From positions 1 to 64,000 of the IMG/VR virus record IMGVR_UViG_3300010259_000001: a stretch of 64,000 nt of DNA. One strand, written 5' to 3'. Position numbers and translations under genes: made by a program. Below are positions 1 to 8,812 of the stretch, piece by piece (position 1 is the stretch's first letter; every line of letters starts with the position of its first letter). Under the pieces are notes generated by a model. It was not told where the DNA came from. It was given only the letters and a program-made list of their open reading frames with translations, and made no database searches. The stretch comes from a virus.

Positions 1-198
1 ATATGCCTCGCGCAAGGCTTGAACAGTAAGGAACACGCCCTTGTTAGCACCCTTGATGTTAGGTGCTTCAAGCCACCCATCTACTTTGAGATTGTGGCCG
101 ATGTGAGTACTTCCGGCTATCTCCGCTTTGCCTCCAAGCGAGACATTGCGACCGACGGAAACGTCACCATCTATCTGTGTTGTTTTGATTGAACTCAT
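1..198 (-). CDS. Hypothetical virion protein, N-terminal fragment (continues past the left edge); repetitive beta-helix-like N-terminus, possibly fibre-like
   Basis: Absent from the ORF track because it runs off the window. ATG at 196-198 (minus), 7 nt after the stop of the upstream gene. Reads MSSIKTTQIDGDVSVGRNVSLGGKAEIAGSTHIGHNLKVDGWLEAPNIKG... and stays open to position 1. Same operon as the capsid genes. Confidence 0.45.
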   Translation of the reverse strand, partial: MSSIKTTQIDGDVSVGRNVSLGGKAEIAGSTHIGHNLKVDGWLEAPNIKGANKGVFLTVQALREAY

Positions 199-205
199 AT
201 CTGTT

Positions 206-841
206 TTACTTTAAGAATGTTTGCGCCAACTCGGAGACAGAGTTTCCTTTCTCCGTCTCTCCGCAGGTCAATAGTGTCAATCCTGCCGCTGTATAAACCA
301 CGGCATTGTAGCAACGCTCGCAAATATCCACACCATTGTCTTCGTCTATCTTCGGATATGGAATGTACATGGCACGGCTCACCTGCGCATTCTTGCTCTT
401 GCACGAATAGAACTCCAGCACTCTGCCCTCGGGACGTATCGCTATGGCACAAACAGGACGCTGTGCCGTTCCACGAATACCCTTGAACCTGCTACGCTGC
501 TTCTCATATTCGGGGTCGTCGGTGCTGATGGCTTGATACACGGCTTGCTCCCAATCGTCCATTTCAAACACGACAAGGCGCATGAAGTCCGGCGGCAACA
601 ACACCCAACCGCTTTCCAACTCGCGCCAATACACCGCGTCACCAAAGTTGTGTCCTCCCTCTAACAAATAGTTGGGAGCATCCATGTGGACACGCTGTAT
701 TGCTTCAAGTATCTTGGACTTGATGATTTCGTCAAGCGCAAGGGTGTCGATGTCACCACTCTCTATGAGTGCATCGCTCTCCATGTTTTGGTCGATGCAG
801 ATGCGAACATCCTGCATTATCTTGTCGATTTGAAATATCAT
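206..841 (-). CDS. Hypothetical head/neck (head-completion-like) protein
   Basis: The track ORF 206-892 starts at a TTG. The first ATG (839-841, MIFQIDKIMQDV...) lies 11 nt after the stop of the upstream gene. It is the second gene after the capsid gene. Function is inferred from position only. Confidence 0.4.
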   Translation of the reverse strand: MIFQIDKIMQDVRICIDQNMESDALIESGDIDTLALDEIIKSKILEAIQRVHMDAPNYLLEGGHNFGDAVYWRELESGWVLLPPDFMRLVVFEMDDWEQAVYQAISTDDPEYEKQRSRFKGIRGTAQRPVCAIAIRPEGRVLEFYSCKSKNAQVSRAMYIPYPKIDEDNGVDICERCYNAVVYTAAGLTLLTCGETEKGNSVSELAQTFLK

Positions 842-852
842 GGCGAATGGGA

Positions 853-1467
853 TTAGGCGGTGAACACAAATTCTACTCCACACTCCTTGCAAGCTGCTTC
901 AAAAGCGGTCTTGGTGCGGAGACTGGTTGCTGTATAGTTCTTCTCGGCGAAATGCTCTTTGAGGTATTCAATAGCCTCGTTCTTGTCGGCTACCTTAATC
1001 TTGCCTCCGTCTGCATCATCGCCATCACCCTGCAACGTCTCGTCCTGTGTCTCGCCAGTAGGCTGCACTTCCTCGGCAGGGGTTTCCTCTGCTGGTGTAG
1101 TGGGTGTTACTGGTTCTTTCACAACAGGGGCAGGAGTTTCGGGAACTGGTGTCTCTGTTACAGGTGATTGTTCATCCTTTGCAGGCTTCTCGGCGGCTTT
1201 TGCTGCCATACGAGCCTTGCGTGCCTTGGTTGCGGCATCATCGGGAACTTCCATCGTTCCGAGTAGTTCGATGCGTCCACTCTTGAACTGCTTGCTGTTC
1301 TCAATCACGCTCTGAAAGAACGGATTGGAGGTTGAATACTTGGCAGGAGTTACACCGTAGGCTGTCAGTGCGCCACCAGTGAAGTGTACCGACACAGAAC
1401 CTTTACCTGCCTTGATTTGCGTTGTCCAGTCCATCAGCCCGGACACGCCATAAGTCTTACGTATCAT
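853..1467 (-). CDS. Hypothetical virion protein with a Pro/Thr/Glu-rich linker (possible capsid decoration or accessory protein)
   Basis: 204-aa ORF with an ATG start, immediately after the capsid gene and its terminator. Central low-complexity tract reads ...SPVTETPVPETPAPVVKEPVTPTTPAEETPAEEVQPTGETQ... Confidence 0.4.
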   Translation of the reverse strand: MIRKTYGVSGLMDWTTQIKAGKGSVSVHFTGGALTAYGVTPAKYSTSNPFFQSVIENSKQFKSGRIELLGTMEVPDDAATKARKARMAAKAAEKPAKDEQSPVTETPVPETPAPVVKEPVTPTTPAEETPAEEVQPTGETQDETLQGDGDDADGGKIKVADKNEAIEYLKEHFAEKNYTATSLRTKTAFEAACKECGVEFVFTA

Positions 1468-1499
1468 ATCTGAAATTCTTTTTATTGTTATACATTGCT

Positions 1500-1540
1500 A
1501 AAATGAAAAGTGGCGAATGGCGTTGAGGCCATCCGCCACT
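1500..1540 (-). terminator. Rho-independent terminator after the capsid gene
   Basis: 13-bp imperfect stem (1509-1521 agtggcgaatggc with 1528-1540 gccatccgccact). On the minus strand it is followed by a T-rich run (ttttcatttt). Confidence 0.6.
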
Positions 1541-1569
1541 AATGGATTTAATATCGTTCTGATGTTGGT

Positions 1570-3105
1570 TTAGTCACCTGCCTCAACGGTGCCGGTGAAC
1601 TCCGTCCACGTCAACGTGCTGCCGTCAACGGTTGCTTTCCACATCGTGCCGTTCTGTGCTGTCTGATTTGCATTCAGAACGCAGTCAGCGGTGAAGTAGT
1701 AAACAGTGCCGTTGGTAACGTCTGTTGTTTTCGGGGTTTCTTCGCTATCCCAGATGCTGTAGGTGGTAGCACCGCTGTTGGCGGTATCACCCTCACCGTC
1801 AATCCAAATATGGCAAGAGCCTTTCAGACAGAGGGCATCCCATACTACCATACCCTTGCGAGTTGCCTCCTCACCATCAACGCGGTCAGAGAACTCATGC
1901 TGCGAAGAATAAGAGTAGTGAACAAGGCGGTCTTCACCAATCAGTGCGCCACTGTTAGACCAACCGAGGGTGTCAAGAGTAGGTTCACGCTTGATGTCGA
2001 TGTCACCGAATACGGTGTGGATGCTGGTAACACTCCAGCCGATGGGGTTCTGCTTCGAAATAATCTGAATTTCGGGGTGCTTGGAGAAGTCGATGCACTG
2101 TATTTCCTCCAGCAGGTTCTTACCTGCAAGCAGGAGAGCAGTCTTAGGAACGTCCTCACCAGTGAAGAACAACTTGGCAAGGGCAATCAACTTCTCGATA
2201 GTCCACTTGCCAGTGTGCTGCAACTCGCGCTTGAACTGCCAGCGGATGCCCTCGGTGAAGTACACGAACTGCTGTCCGAGTTTAGGAACGTTCACGGTCA
2301 ACTTACCTTTCTGACCTGCCCAAAGGGTGCGGTTTCCTGCACGCTTGAAGTTCAGAATGGCTTGCTCGGCAATCATTGCCTGTGTGAAGTGGAGGTGCTT
2401 CTTCTGTGCCTCGAAGTAGTCCGACACGATTTGGTTCATGCCGCGCTTCTGCAGGTACACAATAGAGGGCTGCGGAATGATGAGGTCGGGGTCAACCTCT
2501 TTCTGCGTCTCATACAGGGCATTGCCAAGAAGTTTAATCTTGGTGCCAGTAGGGATTGCAGGAGTGCTGCACTGTGCCGAAGCATTTGCTTTCGGACCAT
2601 TGACAGCGCGGCAAACAGGATTGCCAGTCGCAGTGTCACGACCTGTAACAAAGAGCATAAGGTCTTTGCCTGGTGTTGTGGTGCTGCCGTCTGCTTCGTA
2701 ACCATTCACGCCACACACAAGCAGTGTGTGATAGTCGCGAGGGATTTGCTGGTCGTTGCTCTCCAAGGGGAGAATGAACGAGTTTCCGTTTCCTGCGGTA
2801 ACGGCTGCGTTCACAGTCAGCGTTGCACGCTGCTCGTCAATCATGTAATGCTCGACTTCGGGCGATGCGACCTTTACTTTCTTCGCTTTCAACATGAGCG
2901 ACATCAGGGCGGTGTCCTCACTTTGGAAACGGAACAACTGTTCGTCGATGTCTGTCTCAACGAGGTTTCCGGGTGCGATGCCACCGCTTGCGTCTGCAAG
3001 GCCGCTCACGGTGGAACTCTGACCGGGTACTTGCGTCTGCAAGCCGGCACTTCCGGGTGTGGTGGGGATTGCTCCTCCAGCACTTACGTTTACATTTTCT
3101 GCCAT
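1570..3105 (-). CDS. Major capsid protein (putative)
   Basis: 511-aa ORF with an ATG start. It follows a scaffold-like gene and precedes a strong terminator. Size and position are typical of an HK97-fold capsid protein. No motif can be verified by eye. Confidence 0.6.
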   Translation of the reverse strand: MAENVNVSAGGAIPTTPGSAGLQTQVPGQSSTVSGLADASGGIAPGNLVETDIDEQLFRFQSEDTALMSLMLKAKKVKVASPEVEHYMIDEQRATLTVNAAVTAGNGNSFILPLESNDQQIPRDYHTLLVCGVNGYEADGSTTTPGKDLMLFVTGRDTATGNPVCRAVNGPKANASAQCSTPAIPTGTKIKLLGNALYETQKEVDPDLIIPQPSIVYLQKRGMNQIVSDYFEAQKKHLHFTQAMIAEQAILNFKRAGNRTLWAGQKGKLTVNVPKLGQQFVYFTEGIRWQFKRELQHTGKWTIEKLIALAKLFFTGEDVPKTALLLAGKNLLEEIQCIDFSKHPEIQIISKQNPIGWSVTSIHTVFGDIDIKREPTLDTLGWSNSGALIGEDRLVHYSYSSQHEFSDRVDGEEATRKGMVVWDALCLKGSCHIWIDGEGDTANSGATTYSIWDSEETPKTTDVTNGTVYYFTADCVLNANQTAQNGTMWKATVDGSTLTWTEFTGTVEAGD

Positions 3106-3316
3106 TGCTTAAAAATTTTTAGAGGGTTGAAAAAATTTAATAACTTAGAAACTTACTTAGTATCTCGCTCTACGAACTTGCCGCGTCCGATACCTCCAGT
3201 TGCTGCTGACACGTTGCTGACTGTTGTTGCTTGACCAGCCAACTGCGTCTTCAAACCTGCACTACCTTTCGTCGGTTGTATCGGCGTGGCATCTACCACC
3301 TGTACGTTCTCCTTTA

Positions 3317-4072
3317 TCATCGGGCTTCGTCTGCAAGGTCAAACATACTTTGCTTCGTGTTCTTGCGAGTAGGAGCGTTGTTGCTTCCTGCAAGGTTAGG
3401 AGTACCGTCACCTGTAGTAGGCTTGCGCAACTTCTCGTCAATCTTGGCGTTCCTACCTGCCACCGTTCCCTCGGTGCGTGCGTTCTGTACGTCTGCATCG
3501 TGGTTCACGGCTTTCAGTGCCATGTCTATGTCTTCCTCCGTGAATGTGCCACGGATAGCAGCATCGGCAACGTGATGAAGATAGTCCCAAGCGGCATCTA
3601 TCATATCGTCGCTAATGCCACGCTCTTGCTTCATTCGCTCCAGCATCGGGAGGGTGACTTCTTTCATGTTCTTCTCATACTCCTCCTCCAACGACTTCTC
3701 TTTGGCAAGACGCTCAACATACTTCTTGTTGGCTTCTGCATACGCTTCCTGCTTGCTGGGGTCGTTCATGAGGTCGGTAATGCCGTCGATGCCAAGACGC
3801 TCTATCACGGCAAGCCAAGGGTCGTTACCCTTTGCCATGTCTGCAATGAACTGTGCAGCACGGTTGTCTTTCGACAGGAGGTCGGTCAGACGGCTCTCAC
3901 GCTCTTTGTACTGACCAAGTTCGTTGTCGTACTGGTCGTAATCATCGTTGATTTGACCGAACAATGCCTCATCGTCCGCATAGTCGCGGTCGGGATATTT
4001 CTTTTTTAGTCGCTCGCCGAAGAGGTCTCTTTTACTCTTGGCAGGTGCGGTCGGGGTCTGATTTTCAGCCAT
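3317..4072 (-). CDS. Scaffolding protein (putative)
   Basis: 251 aa, very acidic and charged, predicted helical or coiled-coil (…KEKSLEEEYEKNMKEVTLPMLERMKQERG…). Lies directly upstream of the capsid gene. Confidence 0.55.
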   Translation of the reverse strand: MAENQTPTAPAKSKRDLFGERLKKKYPDRDYADDEALFGQINDDYDQYDNELGQYKERESRLTDLLSKDNRAAQFIADMAKGNDPWLAVIERLGIDGITDLMNDPSKQEAYAEANKKYVERLAKEKSLEEEYEKNMKEVTLPMLERMKQERGISDDMIDAAWDYLHHVADAAIRGTFTEEDIDMALKAVNHDADVQNARTEGTVAGRNAKIDEKLRKPTTGDGTPNLAGSNNAPTRKNTKQSMFDLADEAR

Positions 4073-4111
4073 GATGTTATTTTTTATATGATTTTACCTA
4101 ATTTTCTTCGG

Positions 4112-4119
4112 CAAATTTA
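4112..4119 (-). promoter_or_regulatory. Bacteroidota-type -7 promoter box (TAAATTTG) upstream of scaffold/capsid
   Basis: Minus-strand TAAATTTG matches the TAnnTTTG consensus, about 40 nt upstream of the scaffold ATG. It sits in a 164-bp AT-rich spacer. Confidence 0.4.
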
Positions 4120-4236
4120 CAAACATAGTCTCGCTGTTTTTTGTTATCTTTTGTGTCAGTATCTCGGAATTTATTTGTACCTTTATACCGCTATATCAGT
4201 GCTTTATAAACTAAAACTGTACGATAATGGGTTAAG

Positions 4237-4716
4237 ATGAAGTATCATGGTTGTATCTTAGAGTTCACAGATGAACGAAATGACGAACTGATGAGAGCGT
4301 TCCGTGAAGCAATCAACAAACGGACGTTCATAGACATCACGGAAATATCGGAAGAAGTGGTGAACATGCCTTGCTCTCGCTTTTGGGTTTCTGAGGAGAG
4401 GGCTATGGTGGTGGTCGCTGCGCTTATCAAGGGAAAGCCTGTACTCGATGCTATGCGACCGACCAAACGAGAAATGTTCCAAGAGATATACAACCGCGTG
4501 CTGGCTCTGCAAAAACAATTTCCAAAAGCATCAATGTTTGAACTGGTGCTGAAAGCCGTCAACTCACCGGCACCAAAGTTCTACATGACACCTCGCAGTG
4601 CTATGGAAACAATATACAAGATAAAGAAAGGGTTCTATGAAAAACAGGAACGACGTTATAGCAGTGCTAACCTATTGTCGCTGCAGACACAGGAACTTGG
4701 ACAAGACCTGCATTGA
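4237..4716 (+). CDS. Hypothetical protein on the opposite strand inside the head operon (moron-like)
   Basis: 159-aa ORF with an ATG start. It is the only plus-strand gene between 1 and 30592. Its 3' end overlaps the terminase 3' end by 50 nt, convergently. No family recognised. Confidence 0.5.
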   Translation: MKYHGCILEFTDERNDELMRAFREAINKRTFIDITEISEEVVNMPCSRFWVSEERAMVVVAALIKGKPVLDAMRPTKREMFQEIYNRVLALQKQFPKASMFELVLKAVNSPAPKFYMTPRSAMETIYKIKKGFYEKQERRYSSANLLSLQTQELGQDLH

Positions 4717-6769
4717 TATTGTTTATTTTCTTCACTATACGAGGTAATTCCATTTCATGATAACATACTTGCATACCTATTGCGCGTGTCATTAGGCGGT
4801 CGTCGTGATAACCCTCCATAGCCTCAAACACATTGTTTTCAGTCTCAACGTATGTAAGATATTCGTCAAGGCACGCTTCTTCTCTCTCGATATACAAGCG
4901 TTCCCTTATCACAACTTTCAAATTATAAATCACTACTTTCTTCGTCAATGGGTTGGTGTGGTAGCCGTACTTCTTGGGCAGTCCTTGCCTAATGTCTTCT
5001 GCGCTCTGCTTGCGTGCATATAGTTGTCTGCCGTAAACCTCATGTATGAGCGTCAAGATATACTCTGCCTCGCCCTTGGTGTTGTTGGTTTCAAGTGTGT
5101 TGCTTTCTATCACCAGCAGGGCATTGTTATAATAGGCGGCTACCTGCGTGGCTTTCCATGCCAGTTTATCCATGTCGATGTGTCCGTGCCATTCTGCGGC
5201 GACAACAGGAGGCTCGCCGTCCATCATAAACAGGCGGTCTATTACAAGTATGTCTGCAAAGTCGGCATTCTTGGTGTGTCCCTTGCATACGTCAACTACT
5301 ACTAAATATCTGTCTGTTACTTCTTCGGTGTCGCTTCTCTCTACATCATGCCACATGAACAGCCGTCCGTCTGCCTCTTTCTTGAAGCGAAGTCCCTCAA
5401 TGGCTTTCTCTCCCTCATCGGCACTTCCGTATATCTCACCTATCCAGCGAGGTGCGCGACAAGCAGGTCTGAACTGCTCCACGTCCTCACTGCTGAAAAC
5501 CTTGCGTCCCGAATAGGTAAATGCCTCGATGTCGTCAGATGGGTACTCCGATGCCATGTCGCCATGATTGGTGTACTTGCTACGCTCGGACACATACCAG
5601 TGGATGGCTTCAAGCGTTGCACCTTTCTCCCACAACCGCCAAAGGTATGTACCTGGTTCTTCACGGTCTGACTTGATTTCTTCATTCCGTCTGTTGGCAA
5701 ATAGTTTCTTGGCAAACTCGTACTTATCCGCTTCATCCTCGAATGGCAGTTCATACTGTTCAATCTCAAACCATGCAACAAACATCGCCTCAAATTGCGA
5801 TAGTCCTTTCTTCGCTGCCAAGTATTCTTTGTGGAAGAAGTTGCCAACGCCGTTTGGCGTTGACTCATACACTATCATGGTGTATGGACGTAGAAGAATA
5901 CCAGAGCAAGCACTTCGCACAATGTCCTCCGGCTTCTTTCCGTCTGTCTCTTTCCACAAGGCAACCTCCGAAAGGTGAACAAGGTTATAGTCACCACCAC
6001 GGCAGGAGTTCGGGCGTTCGGCAGTACCGATTTTGATTTTGCAGTTTCGTTGTGGTACTCTGAATATGTTGCCCGACTTGCCGACACCAACCATCTTCGG
6101 CTCGTTTGGTGCATAAGCATCACCAAGTTCATGCAGCATTTCAACCGGGTACGACTTTATCATGCGGTCGAACATGTCCTTGATTTCGTCGGAACCAGTA
6201 CCTTGATGGGCAATGATGAGAGAGTTGAGACCAACTTCATGAACAAGTTGGAGCCATGCCATGTATATCTGAATAGCGGTTGAGCCTCCCCACTGTCTTG
6301 CTTTCAGCAGTATCAGTCGGATGGGCTTTCCTGCCTTGCGCATTTTCTCCAGCCGCTTTATCAACTTACGCTGCGGTCTGTTCAATCTGAAAAGAACGTC
6401 TGTTCCTCCACCCTTGCGCTTGATGTAGGCAAACATTGCTGCCCAAAATGGGTAGTCATGCTTTTGCCTTATCCTTATGAACTCCTCTACAACCTTGTCG
6501 CGTGCCTCATCGGTGACAGGCAACATCAGAGCATCGCGAATGAAAGCATCAACACTACCAGCCTTTGACAAGGACTTGACAAATGGCTCATCCATCATTT
6601 CCACTGGCAGGTACTGCGTGGGGATAGGATAATCAGAAACGGTAAAGGCAACACGCTGTCCGATGCTGCCCTCACCAGTTATAGGATTGAACGGCGCAAA
6701 TACTATTGCGCGTCTGCGCTCGTTCTCCTGTAGTATCTTACTGATAGTAATGTCGATAGTTTCTTTCAC
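4667..6769 (-). CDS. Terminase large subunit
   Basis: 700 aa. Motifs seen: a lambda-GpA-like deviant P-loop (LKARQWGGST), a Walker-B-like segment (YNLVHLSEVALW), a coupling motif (ESTPNG), and C-terminal nuclease-like acidic motifs (VVVDVCKG, LLVIESN, HDDRLMTRAIG). Apparent GTG start 12 nt after the portal stop. Confidence 0.8.
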   Translation of the reverse strand: MKETIDITISKILQENERRRAIVFAPFNPITGEGSIGQRVAFTVSDYPIPTQYLPVEMMDEPFVKSLSKAGSVDAFIRDALMLPVTDEARDKVVEEFIRIRQKHDYPFWAAMFAYIKRKGGGTDVLFRLNRPQRKLIKRLEKMRKAGKPIRLILLKARQWGGSTAIQIYMAWLQLVHEVGLNSLIIAHQGTGSDEIKDMFDRMIKSYPVEMLHELGDAYAPNEPKMVGVGKSGNIFRVPQRNCKIKIGTAERPNSCRGGDYNLVHLSEVALWKETDGKKPEDIVRSACSGILLRPYTMIVYESTPNGVGNFFHKEYLAAKKGLSQFEAMFVAWFEIEQYELPFEDEADKYEFAKKLFANRRNEEIKSDREEPGTYLWRLWEKGATLEAIHWYVSERSKYTNHGDMASEYPSDDIEAFTYSGRKVFSSEDVEQFRPACRAPRWIGEIYGSADEGEKAIEGLRFKKEADGRLFMWHDVERSDTEEVTDRYLVVVDVCKGHTKNADFADILVIDRLFMMDGEPPVVAAEWHGHIDMDKLAWKATQVAAYYNNALLVIESNTLETNNTKGEAEYILTLIHEVYGRQLYARKQSAEDIRQGLPKKYGYHTNPLTKKVVIYNLKVVIRERLYIEREEACLDEYLTYVETENNVFEAMEGYHDDRLMTRAIGMQVCYHEMELPRIVKKINNINAGLVQVPVSAATIG

Positions 6770-6781
6770 AAAACAGAATTA

Positions 6782-8755
6782 TTATGCTACCATACCCATA
6801 GTCCTTTGTAACAACTTCATTGTTTCGGGGTTCGCGCCTTGCTGTATCTGTTGCATAAGTTCGGGCGACAAGCCTTCCGGCACCTGTCCCTGCTCCAACT
6901 GCTCCTTTTGGCTCTTGATGTTCTGAAGCAATGCGTCGGCAAATGGGAAATTACCTGCTTGCAGCATCTGTTCAAGACTGATAGCCTGTTTCTCAAACAA
7001 CTGCATGAGGAAATCATTTGCCATTGCTCGATATGCAGGTGTTGCTTGGCTCGGTACTACGCTGATGTCCATTTCTACATCGCGTATCTTCATCGGGTCG
7101 TAAACCACTTGCATACCTGCACGACCAGCAATGTTGAATGTCCGCTTTTGGTCGTAATACTGCTGAATGTTCTTCACGTCCTTATATGCAGCGTCACGCA
7201 CAAACTCTTGGAAACTGTCAAGCAAGTCAAGCAATGAAGTGGTTGCGTTCTGTGTCTGCTGGTTGTAGAGTGCTGCACTCATGCCAGCGTACCCAGGCTT
7301 ACCTTGCAATGCACCGTTGACACCGCTGATGTCCTCAAAGAACTTCAGCATCAAGTTCAACATTTCATGTATGCCGATGTTTGTAGAGTTGTTAGATACC
7401 TGCGTCGGCACTGCGCCTGTCTTGCTTGGCGTATAGACAACAACACCGTTGAACCTTGCCCATGTGTCTGCAAATTCTTCGGGCGACATGCCTTTAGGTA
7501 TACACTCGTCAGGAATAAGCAACACTCCCTTTGCACTGGCTCTGATAACCCAGTCGTTAAGTGTGATAAGGCGGTTGGTGTAACGCTGCTGGTCTATCAC
7601 GTCAGAGACAAATGAATGTATCTCACCGTCGATGAATGGGTATGCCTTGAACACGTAAGGATGGCTCTTGTGTTCGTAAGGCGTTTCACCCTCTGCCAAG
7701 ATGTCACCAAGCGGACTGAGGAAGTAGTAGTACCAGTAACTATCCATGAACCACTCGGCTTTGATAAACGGTATTTCATTGTATGGAATACCATTGCGCT
7801 GTGCCTGTTCCATGCGCTTCATGTTCTCGGCTTGTACCATCGTGCTGTAATCCTCAATGTCTATCTTGAAGATGTCACCATTGTTGTAGTCATGGCAGCG
7901 GTATCTCGGTTTGCTCTCCTTGCGCCACACCTCAATGACACGGCATCGGCTTTCGTCTCGCGGTGTGAGGAAATCGGTGTTTATCCAGTCACGGCTATAG
8001 CCAAACTCCTCCCATGCGTGTATGCTTGCGCCTTTGTCTCGCGCCTGTCGGTAGATTTCTGCCAAACGCGCATAATCGTCGGGCGACTTGGCAAACTGCT
8101 CGCATACCTGCCCGAAACTGACATCGTGTATCTCACCAACAAAAGAACAGTCCCATGCACGGAAGTCGCGCATATTGTTGTCGATGAAGAAATTGTTTGG
8201 CTGCACATAGTCAGTCCAGCACTCCATCTTGTCATTGCGCCAGCCGTACCACTTACGATGTGCCACCATGCCGCTAATCAGATACTCCTCCATACTTCGG
8301 GCATAGAGTTCCGTCATGCGGTTCAACTGCATGTTGTATTGCAGCACGGTACTCATTGTTTCTGCCTGTTGCTGCTCGTCGCGGTCGCGTGCCGTGCAAG
8401 TAGGTTCGGTGGATTGGCTGCGGTACACACCAATCACGTTACGCACAAGCCTACGGATGAGGTTGGTCTTCAATGGTATATTCCCCTGCGAGAGGATATA
8501 CTGCTCCTCTGTCATCTTCTTGCCGTCCACACATACCACGTCGCCCCACTGGTCGCCGTAGTTGTAACGCTTGTTACGCTCCCTGTCCTTGCGGAAGCGG
8601 TACATTGCATTGTAGTAGTTCTGCGCCTCGATAAGTATCTCCTGCGCACGCGCACGGTCACCATGACACTGCAACCGGCTACGCTTTACGCTGTCGGCTT
8701 CATCGTTCTCATTTGGAACGAGTACCTTGCTAAGCCTATGTAGTACGATTTCCAT
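6782..8755 (-). CDS. Portal protein (putative)
   Basis: 657-aa ORF with an ATG start, adjacent to the large terminase. Size is typical of a portal. Assignment is by position only. Confidence 0.6.
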   Translation of the reverse strand: MEIVLHRLSKVLVPNENDEADSVKRSRLQCHGDRARAQEILIEAQNYYNAMYRFRKDRERNKRYNYGDQWGDVVCVDGKKMTEEQYILSQGNIPLKTNLIRRLVRNVIGVYRSQSTEPTCTARDRDEQQQAETMSTVLQYNMQLNRMTELYARSMEEYLISGMVAHRKWYGWRNDKMECWTDYVQPNNFFIDNNMRDFRAWDCSFVGEIHDVSFGQVCEQFAKSPDDYARLAEIYRQARDKGASIHAWEEFGYSRDWINTDFLTPRDESRCRVIEVWRKESKPRYRCHDYNNGDIFKIDIEDYSTMVQAENMKRMEQAQRNGIPYNEIPFIKAEWFMDSYWYYYFLSPLGDILAEGETPYEHKSHPYVFKAYPFIDGEIHSFVSDVIDQQRYTNRLITLNDWVIRASAKGVLLIPDECIPKGMSPEEFADTWARFNGVVVYTPSKTGAVPTQVSNNSTNIGIHEMLNLMLKFFEDISGVNGALQGKPGYAGMSAALYNQQTQNATTSLLDLLDSFQEFVRDAAYKDVKNIQQYYDQKRTFNIAGRAGMQVVYDPMKIRDVEMDISVVPSQATPAYRAMANDFLMQLFEKQAISLEQMLQAGNFPFADALLQNIKSQKEQLEQGQVPEGLSPELMQQIQQGANPETMKLLQRTMGMVA

Positions 8756-8773
8756 ATCTGTTACTTTTGTTAT

Positions 8774-8807
8774 GTGTCGGCAAAGTTAAACCCTGCCGAC
8801 ACTTTTT
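8774..8807. other. Stable hairpin between the giant gene and the portal gene
   Basis: 9-bp perfect stem (8774-8782 gtgtcggca with 8794-8802 tgccgacac). The T-run lies on the plus-strand side only (8803-8807). Confidence 0.4.
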
Positions 8808-8812
8808 CTCTG

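Noticed and set aside
1810-3234. 474-aa plus-strand ORF antisense to the capsid gene
   Set aside because: It fully overlaps a much better minus-strand gene. It has Cys/His/Leu/Val-rich shadow-ORF composition and no promoter or intergenic context.
3153-3299. 48-codon GTG-initiated minus-strand ORF in the 211-bp gap between scaffold and capsid genes
   Set aside because: It is short, has a non-ATG start and a low-complexity Ala/Thr/Gly/Gln-rich product. It cannot be supported from sequence alone, although the gap is unusually long.
7616-8743. 375-aa plus-strand ORF antisense to the portal gene
   Set aside because: Same shadow-ORF properties, and it lies entirely within the portal gene.
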